64,000 nt of DNA, taken from NCBI GenBank assembly GCA_965657355.1, contig CBFHOE010000003.1:245520-309519 (forward strand). The letters are read 5' to 3'. The DNA comes from Limisphaerales bacterium. GTDB lineage: Bacteria; Verrucomicrobiota; Verrucomicrobiia; Limisphaerales; JAJOIW01. Shown piece by piece: positions 48,360-58,964 of this stretch. The notes under the pieces are model-generated. The model saw only the letters and a program-made list of their open reading frames with translations. It was not told where the DNA came from and did no database searches. The stretch's first letter is position 1. Each line of letters begins with the position of its first letter. A program made the position numbers and the translations under genes.

Positions 48360-48983
48360 TTAGCTATCCTCCTCGGTATCTGAATCAGGTTGGTAGAGCT
48401 CTTTGTAAATTTCATCGCAGAGGGATTCCATTTGAGCTCCGACTATTTCTACTCGTCTTTGAAAAACATGCCAGCCGATTACGCTTGGGATTGAAACGAT
48501 AAGTCCTGCGAAGGTCGTCATTAGGGCTATACCTATTCCTTTAGCCAAATCCATATTATCCACATTTGATACGTCACTAATTGATCCGAAAAGATAAATA
48601 AGCCCTTGGATAGTTCCAGCCAAGCCAAGCAATGGTGCTATGGTGGTTACGATTTCCAATGTGCGAAGTCCTCTCTGTAGGCGCAGTTGGGTTTCTTGCC
48701 CTAATGTATTTAGCAACTGACGATTTTCAGTCAGGCTTCTATCTTTATTTTCAAGAACATGCCGGACTAGTTTACCTGCAGGTGAGGTGAAAATTTTTTC
48801 ATTAGGTGACATTTCATGTCTGGAGAATTTTTTTACCCAATGAATGAGAAAATCAGGTATGACCTTTGATGACCGAAGGTCATATGCCTTTTCAAGAATT
48901 ACAGTCAAGGAAACAAGGGAGCAGATACCGATGGGAATCATCAAAGGGCCGCCTTGTTCCAGAAATTTCCAAGCTGTTTCCAT
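48360..48983 (-). CDS. MotA/TolQ/ExbB proton channel protein
   Basis: GGPLMIPI, APLLGLAGTIQG, GIGIALMTTFAGL. Confidence 0.93.
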   Translation of the reverse strand: METAWKFLEQGGPLMIPIGICSLVSLTVILEKAYDLRSSKVIPDFLIHWVKKFSRHEMSPNEKIFTSPAGKLVRHVLENKDRSLTENRQLLNTLGQETQLRLQRGLRTLEIVTTIAPLLGLAGTIQGLIYLFGSISDVSNVDNMDLAKGIGIALMTTFAGLIVSIPSVIGWHVFQRRVEIVGAQMESLCDEIYKELYQPDSDTEEDS

Positions 48984-49143
48984 ACTAGATCGAATCTCCC
49001 GATAAGCGCGTTGTTGAGTCGGTTTTTTGGGCTGTGAAATGGAGTGGGCTTTTCACAGTGGTGATAGGAAAGCATGCCGATAAACTTATTAAAATGTGAT
49101 TCCTTTGCATATTGGTAATTAATTGTAAGTCCAACTGATATTC

Positions 49144-50253
49144 TTATCTGTAAATAAAGGTAAAGATTATGTCTCTATATGGTTTTCCAATTTCATTTCG
49201 CATCTTCTTAGTCCATTTTCCAAACGGTGCGGCGTTTTCAATGGCATCTTGACAAGAAGCTGTAAATAACGAACCCACGGCCGTTTCCAATACTTTTGTT
49301 TCCTCTATGCTTCCTGATTCGTGCAGCCTGAACTTGATCTTAACGACACCTCTATCCACAGAGCCAGCAATCAGATTTGAAATATACTTATACCAGGTAT
49401 TTTGAATGGACACTTGCAGCCTGAGGTCGTAATCACCAAAAGACTTGTTTGAAGCATCCACCATGCCGGTGGCTCCCGGGTTTTTATCCGATTGGCTCAA
49501 TATCCTCGTCTTTTCTCCAACAAGATTTTTTGCTTTCTTAGCCTCTCTTAAATTTCTAGGCCTTTTTTTGCGGGGGCGGGACGAAGGGGGGGCAGGCTTG
49601 GCGGCTTCAGGAGGTTCGATTAGGGCCTTTTTCCTATCAGGTGCATCTGTGTTAATATCCTGGTTTACATTGATTTTATCGATGGCCGGAAATTCACTCT
49701 CTTTCTCATCGGCGGTCAGAGCTGGAGGAGTTCCCTTATTGTCTGGCAAAGTTGGAGGCCTGACAGATATTGCAGCAGATGATCCTTCCCCGTTTTCGAG
49801 GTTATCAGAGTTGTCATCTTCTAGTGGTTCCGCTTGCTCTGATTGGTTGGAATCTTCGCTTTCTGATTCATCCGGTTGAAGCTGGGAGGTTACTGATTCC
49901 TCGAGGGTGACATCCTCGAGTCTAAGAATATCTTCTTGCTCGCCTTCTTGTGGTGCTAAATTGGTATCTTCTTTAGTTGGATCCTCTGTGTGTGCTTGAG
50001 AATCCTGATTAGAGTAATATGGCGTTTCTTCATCAGGTGGACTTTGTGCAGTCGAAGGGACTTCTACAAAAACCATGTCCAATAGTTGTTTTTGGGGCTC
50101 GATCCTTGCAGGTTTTTCAGAGACTTCCGGAAATAATTGACTCATCAAATTCATTCCGGGGCCGTTGAAGAACAAATAGATGGCGACATGGATAAATACC
50201 GCTGCGAAAAAAGCAACTATTCTCAATGCTCGTTCCTTGCCATCAGTCATCAC
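49144..50253 (-). CDS. TonB/TolA-like energy transducer
   Basis: N-terminal TM with His (AVFIHVA), Pro/acid-rich linker, C-terminal I..TW...G.V.IKF.L..SG.I...AAPF TonB_C-like domain. Confidence 0.75.
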   Translation of the reverse strand: MMTDGKERALRIVAFFAAVFIHVAIYLFFNGPGMNLMSQLFPEVSEKPARIEPQKQLLDMVFVEVPSTAQSPPDEETPYYSNQDSQAHTEDPTKEDTNLAPQEGEQEDILRLEDVTLEESVTSQLQPDESESEDSNQSEQAEPLEDDNSDNLENGEGSSAAISVRPPTLPDNKGTPPALTADEKESEFPAIDKINVNQDINTDAPDRKKALIEPPEAAKPAPPSSRPRKKRPRNLREAKKAKNLVGEKTRILSQSDKNPGATGMVDASNKSFGDYDLRLQVSIQNTWYKYISNLIAGSVDRGVVKIKFRLHESGSIEETKVLETAVGSLFTASCQDAIENAAPFGKWTKKMRNEIGKPYRDIIFTFIYR

Positions 50254-50520
50254 TTTAATGTCCCGTTTTAATGCAAATGTATAAGAAAACAGTCAAAATT
50301 CTAAGAAGTTTCGTAAACATTTGTCCTCAGCATTCTTCTGATGAAATTAAAACGATCCTCAACAGCTCTCTTTCACGGATAGCTCCAAATGCAAAAACGA
50401 TTCGTTAATTTTTCATAATTGATTGTGGCTAAAGCATTTTAGCAAACGGACGATTCAATTAGAGGAACGCATGTTTTCGATAATCACTGGTTTTTCAATG
50501 GACTAAATTTATAGTCGCCT

Positions 50521-52590
50521 ATGTTGGCTGTTTTAAAAAAGGTATTTGGCAATCACAGGTCAGAGGTCTCATCAAATCGAGACCGAGTAGGCTTATCGTT
50601 GGATGAAAAAAGATTCAACGATTCTGCCTCGTCAGGATGTGATGAACCAAAGGATCCCAATCGGGTTCCAGCCTCTAGCTCAGCCACAATTATTGTATAC
50701 GATTTGCGGCATATTATTAGCCATTTACCAGATGAGCTTCGACGACACGTTGTAAAGGATTTGCCGGCAGGGCATAACATCCGCCTGCCAGCAGCTCTTC
50801 TAACCAGAAAAATCCAAAAAAGTGATCTGACTATTAGTTTCAGTACGCTGAAAAAAATGTCTCCCTCTGGTATCTTTGAAGATAATAGAAGTCTTGATCA
50901 CAAAAGAGTGAAACTTGATCTGGAGGAAACCAAAAACCAGCTAAGTGGGAAATCTCCATCCAATTTTAAAGCAGAAGATTTGGATGTTCCTTCGAAGGAA
51001 GTTGAAGAGAAATCAGATAGCGCATACGTTCAGGGAACAAAGCTTTTACCAGACCAAAACAGTCAGTGCCAGTCTGATGGTTCTCAGAGTTCACTCGGAC
51101 ATTCTACCCCTGAATTAGATGATGATCCGAGCCCGTTAGTCATATCTGCAAGCAGAATAAAGGATTACATTACTGTAGCTTGTAAGTCTGAGATTTTGAG
51201 GTTGCCTCAGGGGTTCGAGACTCCCTTACATATCCCATATGCCGTAGCGCAATCCTTTTACGAAAACGCTGAGGCGACTGCTTCGTGGAGTGATTTTTGG
51301 TCCTGGTTTTATCCATCTCCAGAGCCAACAGGTTTTGATTACTCGGACCCCGTGAACATCCCCATGGACTTTTTTATTCCTGCCTTTACGGAGTGGAAAA
51401 AAGAATTGGAAGCTCCGGCCCCTTCAGTGAATGAGAAAAAGGCCATTCAAAAAAACCAATTGAAACCAGATCCAATCTTGCAATCAGGTCTTTCAGTTCA
51501 AAAAACATCACAGATGGAAATAAGAGTCCTTGATACCGACTCTCCAGAGCCTACAACGAAACATGAAGCTCGTGGTATTTCTTACATTAAAGAAAAACAA
51601 AAAGTAGAAGTTAGTCAGCTCCCTCATACCGGTGATGACACCCATGTCGTTAGCACTTCCACAGGTAAATCTGAGCCACACCTCGCTATTGGATCTCGAT
51701 TGGAGGACTCCTTGAATGATGAACAGGCTGCTAGTGATAAGGCATTGCCTGCTGATAGCGCATCACACAAGAAAAACGAAGAAACCGATAAATCTGTAGC
51801 CATCGATAAAGAAGTTTCCAAATCTAATATCGAAACTGAGGTCCATAGGAAACTAGTGCAAGATGTTAGTGCGGACACCGAGCCAGAAGATCAAGGAATC
51901 CATTTTGAAGTCAATGATACGCTTGGATTTGCTGAGGTAGCAGAGGCGCTAGATAGAGATATTATCGATGATTTGGAGGGTGTTAATGGTTTCTCACTCG
52001 AGTCTCACAAAACGGAAGTTCAAAAACCTCTTCAGGGGCTTGAAAGTCAAGCTGACTTTGTGAATAAGGAGCAGACAGATATAGGGCAAGAAGTATCGGT
52101 GTCTTTTGATTCATTTGTCCAAAAATCACGAAAGGCATACGACCCGGAGCTTTATCAGGATGGCATTAGTGGGGCTGGTGAGATTCATCAAGACGAGCTC
52201 ACAGCTCGCTTAGCCAAAATGTTTCTGCAGCCAGAAAAGAAAATTTGGACAGTTAAAGAAATCATCCGTAAAGCTTCACTTTTCGAAGGTATCATCGGCT
52301 TGCTTGTTTTCTTTGATGATGGGCTCATGATCGGGTCGGAAGTGCCTGGAAGTATTAATGTTGATCAATTCCTCAAGGAAGCACCAACTATGTTTAGTCA
52401 AGCATCTCATATATGTGGCGGATCTGATAGCGATTTACCAGAATACGTGTCTGTTTATTTCCAGGATCAAACCGTTCACGCATTTAAATCTGGTAATATT
52501 TTTCTAATAGCCTTTAGTAATCCAGAGGTTCAAATACCTCGAGGAAATCTTAAATTTATAACAACTTACCTTTCAAGAAAACTCGGTTGA
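50521..52590 (+). CDS. Long protein with C-terminal roadblock/LC7 (MglB/MglC-like) domain
   Basis: C-terminal GIIGLLVFFDDGLMIGS roadblock pattern; long acidic linker; directly upstream of mglA. Confidence 0.65.
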   Translation: MLAVLKKVFGNHRSEVSSNRDRVGLSLDEKRFNDSASSGCDEPKDPNRVPASSSATIIVYDLRHIISHLPDELRRHVVKDLPAGHNIRLPAALLTRKIQKSDLTISFSTLKKMSPSGIFEDNRSLDHKRVKLDLEETKNQLSGKSPSNFKAEDLDVPSKEVEEKSDSAYVQGTKLLPDQNSQCQSDGSQSSLGHSTPELDDDPSPLVISASRIKDYITVACKSEILRLPQGFETPLHIPYAVAQSFYENAEATASWSDFWSWFYPSPEPTGFDYSDPVNIPMDFFIPAFTEWKKELEAPAPSVNEKKAIQKNQLKPDPILQSGLSVQKTSQMEIRVLDTDSPEPTTKHEARGISYIKEKQKVEVSQLPHTGDDTHVVSTSTGKSEPHLAIGSRLEDSLNDEQAASDKALPADSASHKKNEETDKSVAIDKEVSKSNIETEVHRKLVQDVSADTEPEDQGIHFEVNDTLGFAEVAEALDRDIIDDLEGVNGFSLESHKTEVQKPLQGLESQADFVNKEQTDIGQEVSVSFDSFVQKSRKAYDPELYQDGISGAGEIHQDELTARLAKMFLQPEKKIWTVKEIIRKASLFEGIIGLLVFFDDGLMIGSEVPGSINVDQFLKEAPTMFSQASHICGGSDSDLPEYVSVYFQDQTVHAFKSGNIFLIAFSNPEVQIPRGNLKFITTYLSRKLG

Positions 52591-52591
52591 T

Positions 52592-53239
52592 ATGGCCTAC
52601 TTAAATCGAAAGACAAAACAGCTCCAGCTAAAAATTGTTTACTATGGTCCAGCCTTGTCTGGAAAGACGACAAACCTGGTAAGAGTTCATGAATCAGTAA
52701 AATCCAAAAAAGCGAGTGACAAAAGCGATCTGGTGAATCTCGCGACAAGTAATGACAGGACTCTCTTTTTCGATTTTTTGCCCCTTCAGACGGTCAAAGT
52801 CAATGGGTATGACGCCCGTTTCCAATTATATACTGTTCCCGGTCAAGTTATATATAATACGACTAGGCAGTTAGTACTTAGAGGGGTTGATGGGATTGTT
52901 TTTGTAGCAGATAGCTCTCAAGACCGTCTCAATGATAGTGTGGAGAGCCTTGAGAATCTTGACCAAAACTTAAAAGAGTTACGGATTGACCCCAAATCCG
53001 TTCCACTGGTTTTTCAATACAATAAGAGAGACATAGAAAATGCAGCCTCTGTTGATTACATGGACAACTTGTTAAACAAGCAGAACCGACCTTATTTTGA
53101 AGCTGTTGCTGGAAAGGGTGAAGGCGTTTTTCCAACTCTGAATGGGATTTCGAAAATATTACTAAGGAAGTTTTTGATGCAGGGCAAGCCAGCATCTTCT
53201 GAAAAAGAAGTGCCTTCCGGTGTCTCGGATTCCTTATAG
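52592..53239 (+). CDS. mglA: MglA-family small Ras-like GTPase
   Basis: KIVYYGPALSGKTTN, DRTLFFDF, YTVPGQ, GVDGIVFVADS, NKRD. Confidence 0.93.
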   Translation: MAYLNRKTKQLQLKIVYYGPALSGKTTNLVRVHESVKSKKASDKSDLVNLATSNDRTLFFDFLPLQTVKVNGYDARFQLYTVPGQVIYNTTRQLVLRGVDGIVFVADSSQDRLNDSVESLENLDQNLKELRIDPKSVPLVFQYNKRDIENAASVDYMDNLLNKQNRPYFEAVAGKGEGVFPTLNGISKILLRKFLMQGKPASSEKEVPSGVSDSL

Positions 53240-53254
53240 GATGTCACTTGAAAA

Positions 53255-53785
53255 ATGTCTAACAACAAGCAATACAATTTGGAATCCGTTTTGGGCGATT
53301 TATCCGAGGAGATAGATGCCAGTTGCTTATTTGTAATGACGCCTTCCGGCATCATTGTTGGACATTGTGGGAGAATGCCTGCAATCGAAATAAATACTTT
53401 GGGCGCTTTGGTTTGGGGAATGTATTCCGCCGCAGAAAAAATTCACGACCTTTTGGGCGATAATGAAATGCCAGCGCTTTCCCATTATACTTCCGCACAA
53501 AATTTTTTCGTATTTGGCATGCCCGGGGCTGCTGGGGTTTTGACAGTCGTCGGTAAAATGCCATTTTTGAGCCCTCCTCAGATTGATGTCATCAAAAAGG
53601 CTAGTCTGCAATTAAATGAACTGATCCCTTCTGGATATAGTAATTGGGATGAAAATCTTATCTCAAAAGCGCCCGGCAGTCACCGCAGTGATGAAAGATT
53701 AAATGATCAAAGTCTCAATCAAGGCCTAGAGGAGGAATCCGATTTGTTTGAACTGGAATCCGATATCTTTCATTCCGATAAATAG
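53255..53785 (+). CDS. mglB: MglB-like roadblock/LC7 protein
   Basis: LFVMTPSGIIVG...LGALVWGMYSAAEKIHDLLGDNE; adjacent to mglA; acidic C-terminal tail. Confidence 0.75.
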   Translation: MSNNKQYNLESVLGDLSEEIDASCLFVMTPSGIIVGHCGRMPAIEINTLGALVWGMYSAAEKIHDLLGDNEMPALSHYTSAQNFFVFGMPGAAGVLTVVGKMPFLSPPQIDVIKKASLQLNELIPSGYSNWDENLISKAPGSHRSDERLNDQSLNQGLEEESDLFELESDIFHSDK

Positions 53786-54097
53786 GATAATCCAATAGGG
53801 TCAACGCAAGCCATATCACATTTTTCTTCAGGCAAATATAATGCCTATTTTTTCAGCTAGCCTTTTCTTAGCTTTTATTAATTTGATTTTGATGAATCTA
53901 TTTTTAGCCATTTCCCAGCACAAAATTCTGCAATAAATACGGTTAAAAGAGGACGGTTGGGAAAATCTTGAAATTCCAATATCAGTTTATTTGTGTATAT
54001 GCTGACAAATATGCAGAATGATTATTGCGATAAACAGCTCTTAAATAATCATCGGGGTCATCGTTGTTTATTTGCCGTATATATAACTGAAAAAGTC

Positions 54098-55123
54098 ATG
54101 ATTTTATCAGCTTTCAGCTTCCTTCTAATTTTCTTCTCATCAAGTGTTTTTCCTTTATTAGGTGCCAGTGAAACCAATTCACTTATCCAGCATCTTGAAT
54201 TCGTTCAAACGGCCAATAAATCCACCTATGGTCTTCGTGACAATAAAGGGATGGGAATGGATTGTCTCAAGGTATTTCAACCCGCTCGTTATTCTGGTGG
54301 AAAAGTCATGGGGGTTTACCACAGCCGCAATGGAAGCGTGTTCTCGATACATCTTGCTTGGTCTTCCAATCTTATTGAATGGACTCACGTAGCGGTATTA
54401 GACAAGAACGCCTCTCAAGCCACGATATGGCAATGTGATAATGAAGCATTTTTATTAGCCTATGAAAAAGATGCCCCTAACTCATGTTGGATTCGTTTTC
54501 GGTATTATGAAACTCTGTCTTCCCTTGTATCCGGAAATCATGAAAAGGAGTTTGATATAGAGCGCACTCTTGCACCAACGGCCGAAGGTACACCCAATTT
54601 AGAGTCGGTCGTTTTGGAAAGGAATCGAATTGATTCCTCCGAAATTCAGATTCGCTTTCATTATTTTAAGAATGCAAGGGTGGATCAACTTGCTTTTGGG
54701 ACGTTATCCAATTTTAAAACATGGAAATCTAAGTCATCTGATGTGGTGAATTTGGAGCTTATAAAAAGAGGGTGGAAAGGCAATCTTGGGGATCGAGATA
54801 GATTTATTTGGCAAGAAGATGTCTATTACCTTCAGGAAGTTCAAAGAACAAGGAATGATTGGAGCTCATGGCGTATATGTTTATGTCGTGGTGACGGAAT
54901 GCCGATACGAACACTTAAAATAAAGACTCATAAAGGTTCAGTTGCTTTTGCTAACCCCAACACGACATGGATTACCGACCCAGAAGACAAGAGAAAACTG
55001 GTAATCACTCTCTTCCTTCCATCGGAAGGAAACAATCCCAATGAGCGAGGGACTCTACTTTATTTAATTGATCCCGCAACAACCAATGCCTTTCCCAAGG
55101 CAATAGGCGAGCCAGCTCCATAG
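54098..55123 (+). CDS. Secreted hypothetical protein (possible beta-propeller)
   Basis: Signal peptide from ATG 54098; conserved-looking MDCLK, AEGTPN, GNLGDRD, AFANP, LFLPSEG motifs. Confidence 0.6.
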   Translation: MILSAFSFLLIFFSSSVFPLLGASETNSLIQHLEFVQTANKSTYGLRDNKGMGMDCLKVFQPARYSGGKVMGVYHSRNGSVFSIHLAWSSNLIEWTHVAVLDKNASQATIWQCDNEAFLLAYEKDAPNSCWIRFRYYETLSSLVSGNHEKEFDIERTLAPTAEGTPNLESVVLERNRIDSSEIQIRFHYFKNARVDQLAFGTLSNFKTWKSKSSDVVNLELIKRGWKGNLGDRDRFIWQEDVYYLQEVQRTRNDWSSWRICLCRGDGMPIRTLKIKTHKGSVAFANPNTTWITDPEDKRKLVITLFLPSEGNNPNERGTLLYLIDPATTNAFPKAIGEPAP

Positions 55124-55225
55124 AATATTAAGCAGCTGAAAAAAATCTAAATCATACCCCAATATTGGTATAAGAATCCTTTGGTGAAGACTTTTCCAAA
55201 GGATCACTTGCCAAATCATCGAGGC

Positions 55226-56551
55226 TTAATTTTTGCCGGGCGTTTTAGAATGCGCTTGTTGTGGGAAGTCAAAGGTAAGCACCAGGGGGTCCGTTCCGGT
55301 ATTTTCAATCTCGACACCGCCCTTATTGAGCGCAGCTTGAGTAATGAATCCGATTTCGGGATAAATTTCACCGAGCTTCATATCCTGGTGGTACCGCACT
55401 GCAAGTTTACCAACACGGCCACTACCGCCATTCGTGTGAAAGAGCGCAGGGCTTTCCGGACAGAAATTTGTTTTTGCCCCAGGTTCCACGATGAGGCGGA
55501 GAATGGAACACTTTTGGTCGCCAAGGAAGTCACCATAAATAATCCACCTTGCGTCCACTCCATCGCCCGTGAACTCTTCAGCTGAGATTGCCGGACGTGA
55601 ATTTTTCATGACAAAATCCGGGTCTTGATTTGCTTCGAAATCAAAAGTATCAACGAGAAATTCCCAGTCTTCGTGACGGTCTTTTGGATAGTCCTCTTCT
55701 CTGCAGGCGTAAAAAGCATCAGCTGCTCCGATACTTCCATCTAGAGTAAGGTCTTCTGCAAGGAAGTGCTCGTCCATTGTCACGTGCAGCTCGTGAGTAC
55801 AAAGGTCAGTCGGTGAGTGGAGCACTCCATTAGGCATGACGAAGCCGTTATCAAGTTGCATCATTGTATGGGGAGACAAATGCCGGACTCCGTTATATTC
55901 ACCTCGTGCGAAATTTTTCATGCATGACAGGAACTGGTCTTTTGTCACAAATGGGTAGAGTCCCATTGCCGTGGTGTGGTAATGGGAAGGACTAACTCCT
56001 GGATTATCGTATGAATTGATGTCGTAAACCTCCCATTTGGCCCAATGAAGGTGGTGCGGGATCGGGTTTAGGTTATCAAACTTTTTAGACACAATCGGCC
56101 ATGTAGGGTTGCCGAATAGGGATTTCGAAAACGCTGTCATTTTTTCACCAATCACAACTTCTGGTTTAGCCGCGATTAAGTTCTGGAGGGAGATAACTTG
56201 ACCGCCTGGCGTGAGGACATGCGATTCCCCTTCACGAAATGGTGCTTTATTTGTGCGCGTATCAATGACTCCCGTCACTATAGGAACCGTGCAACACATC
56301 CACAGTTCATCTAGCCCGGTTCCGTCCATGTAATCTGGATAATAAGATTTGGCATCGAGACGAATTCTTTTTCCCGGAGTGCAAAAGGTCCGGCCTGCAT
56401 AACGATGTAAAAGTTGTAACACGCCATCGTTTTCGTTCAGGCAATCATCGAGAATTGAATCTACCCCTGCGCCGGATCCATCGATCACGTCTTGTTGGGG
56501 ATACTCATGTAGTTTGTCCGGCAGAATTGACGTCGAAGCAGTCATGGTCAA
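55226..56551 (-). CDS. Cupin protein, class I mannose-6-phosphate-isomerase-like
   Basis: ELW, WPIVSKKFDNLNPIPHHLH, KWEVY, GVLHSP metal-ligand pattern. Confidence 0.6.
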   Translation of the reverse strand: MTMTASTSILPDKLHEYPQQDVIDGSGAGVDSILDDCLNENDGVLQLLHRYAGRTFCTPGKRIRLDAKSYYPDYMDGTGLDELWMCCTVPIVTGVIDTRTNKAPFREGESHVLTPGGQVISLQNLIAAKPEVVIGEKMTAFSKSLFGNPTWPIVSKKFDNLNPIPHHLHWAKWEVYDINSYDNPGVSPSHYHTTAMGLYPFVTKDQFLSCMKNFARGEYNGVRHLSPHTMMQLDNGFVMPNGVLHSPTDLCTHELHVTMDEHFLAEDLTLDGSIGAADAFYACREEDYPKDRHEDWEFLVDTFDFEANQDPDFVMKNSRPAISAEEFTGDGVDARWIIYGDFLGDQKCSILRLIVEPGAKTNFCPESPALFHTNGGSGRVGKLAVRYHQDMKLGEIYPEIGFITQAALNKGGVEIENTGTDPLVLTFDFPQQAHSKTPGKN

Positions 56552-56880
56552 TAGGTTCTAATTTAGCTGTAGAATTTATGTTATTATCTGTATTTTAAAT
56601 CACAATGAGGCAGGCCTAGCGCCTGTAAACTCAAACTCAAATTGGATTCTGACTTTTAAGAATGGGATTAGCAAGGTTGAATGGTGCCAATGCCATACTG
56701 CGGGATGCCCAGACTATCTCAATGGGCTATCAGAATTAAACCTTGATTGAGTCCAAGTCGCTTAGCTCCCATCCGCATGACCCCTACAGGGGTATCGAAA
56801 CTGCGGTGTTAATCTCATTGCCGACGGTAAATTTTTTTCGCGAGGTATTATCTTATTTATTATTTAATAAGGCCTGAGTT

Positions 56881-58512
56881 TTAGAATTTTTCCGCTGTCA
56901 AGCCTGGCCAATCGTCTGTCCTGAAAGGTGTCAATGGAAGCCCCTCTTTATTCTGGACGTTGCAAACGGGATTGTCTGCCCACCCATATCTAACGGCTAC
57001 TGGGTTTGGAACTTTATCACTCCAAACTTCTACAGTGGTATTATTAATGATTTTTGCATTAGCCCAGTGAAATTTTCTATCCTCGCCAGCAATAGCAAAC
57101 CCCACAGGTGTTCTGAAGTCAAATGTGTCCAGGCCTCCACCGACGTAATCAAATGTCACAGTTGCCTTACCGCCTTTACTAGAAAACGATTTATAGACGG
57201 GACTTCGATAAACGATTTCATATCCGTAGTCTTTTGCTAAAGCCCAGCGAGCTAACCTTTTAGCGACGTTCTGTTTATCTTTGGGATGGATGTCATGAGC
57301 TTCACCCAGGTCTATGATAACGGCTTCACCTGTATTTGGTAGCTTGGACATTGTCATTGTTTGTGCTTCTCGAAGTTCTGCCCAATCGCTTTCCGCCGGT
57401 TCAGTTTTTTCATCTCTGAAATCTGCCAACTGGACCCAATAGAAAGGGAAATCACCTTGCCCCCATTCATCTCTCCAATTTTGGATCATTAGTGGAAACA
57501 GATCACGATACTGATAAGCTCGACTTGCATTGCTTTCACCCTGATACCAGATAGTCCCTTTGATTCCGTATCCAATAATGGGTCTTAGGACTCCGTTATA
57601 AAGATTTCCAGGACGATGCTGGTTAGTTAGCTGGTTTCTTGGGCGTCTTGGTTTGGCTGGAATTTTCTCACCTTTGATTCTTGCCTGAAAACTTTTTCTC
57701 TGCCAGTCCTCTAGTGACTTCTGGTAATTTTTCATGGCACTATTGAGTTTGGGGTCAGCTTCGGTTTTTGCCCATCTTTCTAAAAGTGGAGTAAATACGG
57801 ATTTGTCTTTGAGAAGATCTCTGCGAACCCATGCCTCTGCCGAAGACCCTCCCCATGCATTGTCGATAAGTCCGATTGGCATGTCCAGAGTCTGGTGAAG
57901 TTGTCTCCCAAAAAAATAACCAACAGCCGAGAAATTCTTAACAGTCTCAGGTGTGCATTTTTCCCATTGGCCTTCGAAGTCATTTTGAGGAACCTGCGTG
58001 CCAACCTGCGGAATGCTTATGAGTCTAATATCAGGGTAATTGGCACTCAATGATTCCAGATCAGGATCGTTCGAAGCATTGATGGACCACTGCATATTAG
58101 ATTGCCCGGAACAGATCCAGACTTCACCAAACTTTACATCATTAATCTCTATGGAATTATTTACCCCTTCGATTCTGAGTCTGACCTCAGTTTTTGCTGG
58201 TAAAGGGTCTAATAAAACAACCCACCTTCCATCAGGGCCAGTTTGAGTTTTATGAGATTGGATGATTCTTTCAGAAGAGGCATCGATTCTCGTTTGCGTC
58301 CGTTTTGGCGCGGCGCCAGTACTGACAGTAACTGAAACCTCCTCCCCAGCCAAAGCCCATCCCCATACTGGATTTTCCTGATCTCTTTGGAGAACCATGT
58401 GATTCCCGAACAAGGAAGATACACTTACGGCGGCAGGTGAGATCACTGGGTTTGCGAGCAACACGATGAGCAAGCATCCCCAAAACACTGGTGTTTTGGT
58501 TAAGATTTTCAT
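56881..58512 (-). CDS. Sialate O-acetylesterase family (SGNH) protein
   Basis: [47 protein letters not shown]. Confidence 0.95.
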   Translation of the reverse strand: MKILTKTPVFWGCLLIVLLANPVISPAAVSVSSLFGNHMVLQRDQENPVWGWALAGEEVSVTVSTGAAPKRTQTRIDASSERIIQSHKTQTGPDGRWVVLLDPLPAKTEVRLRIEGVNNSIEINDVKFGEVWICSGQSNMQWSINASNDPDLESLSANYPDIRLISIPQVGTQVPQNDFEGQWEKCTPETVKNFSAVGYFFGRQLHQTLDMPIGLIDNAWGGSSAEAWVRRDLLKDKSVFTPLLERWAKTEADPKLNSAMKNYQKSLEDWQRKSFQARIKGEKIPAKPRRPRNQLTNQHRPGNLYNGVLRPIIGYGIKGTIWYQGESNASRAYQYRDLFPLMIQNWRDEWGQGDFPFYWVQLADFRDEKTEPAESDWAELREAQTMTMSKLPNTGEAVIIDLGEAHDIHPKDKQNVAKRLARWALAKDYGYEIVYRSPVYKSFSSKGGKATVTFDYVGGGLDTFDFRTPVGFAIAGEDRKFHWANAKIINNTTVEVWSDKVPNPVAVRYGWADNPVCNVQNKEGLPLTPFRTDDWPGLTAEKF

Positions 58513-58893
58513 GGTATTAGATGTTTCAATTCTGCCCCTTCCTCATGACTGAGTCCATAAAAAACTATGGCTCTTAGTAAACCCTTTAATCAGGTTCATG
58601 GAAAAAAAGTTAAGCTAAAGAATTTTTTACTCTGCTCTGGTGTGGCTTTGAATGTAGAAGCTCCGGGTAAAATTTTTTATTTATCGATTATCCGAGTCAT
58701 CCATTGATCTCAGCAGTCAACTCAGCGTACGAATCGTATACCCAAAAAATTAGATTCACACAAGTAGGCTATATTTTTTTGAGCGATTGAGATAACTAGT
58801 CAATGGACATCCTTGTCCCATTCGATGGTTACTTATATTCGAACAAATGCATGGTGCTTTTATTTTCCATTTAGAATAAACAAACAATGTTGC

Positions 58894-58925
58894 AAAAAAA
58901 CCCTCCAAAAAATTTGAGAGGGTCG
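58894..58925 (-). terminator. Rho-independent terminator of the Zn-peptidase gene
   Basis: Minus strand ACCCTC...GAGGGT followed by a T run. Confidence 0.7.
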
Positions 58926-58964
58926 GCATTATTCAATTTAAAATCATTGGATGCTTAAATGCGT

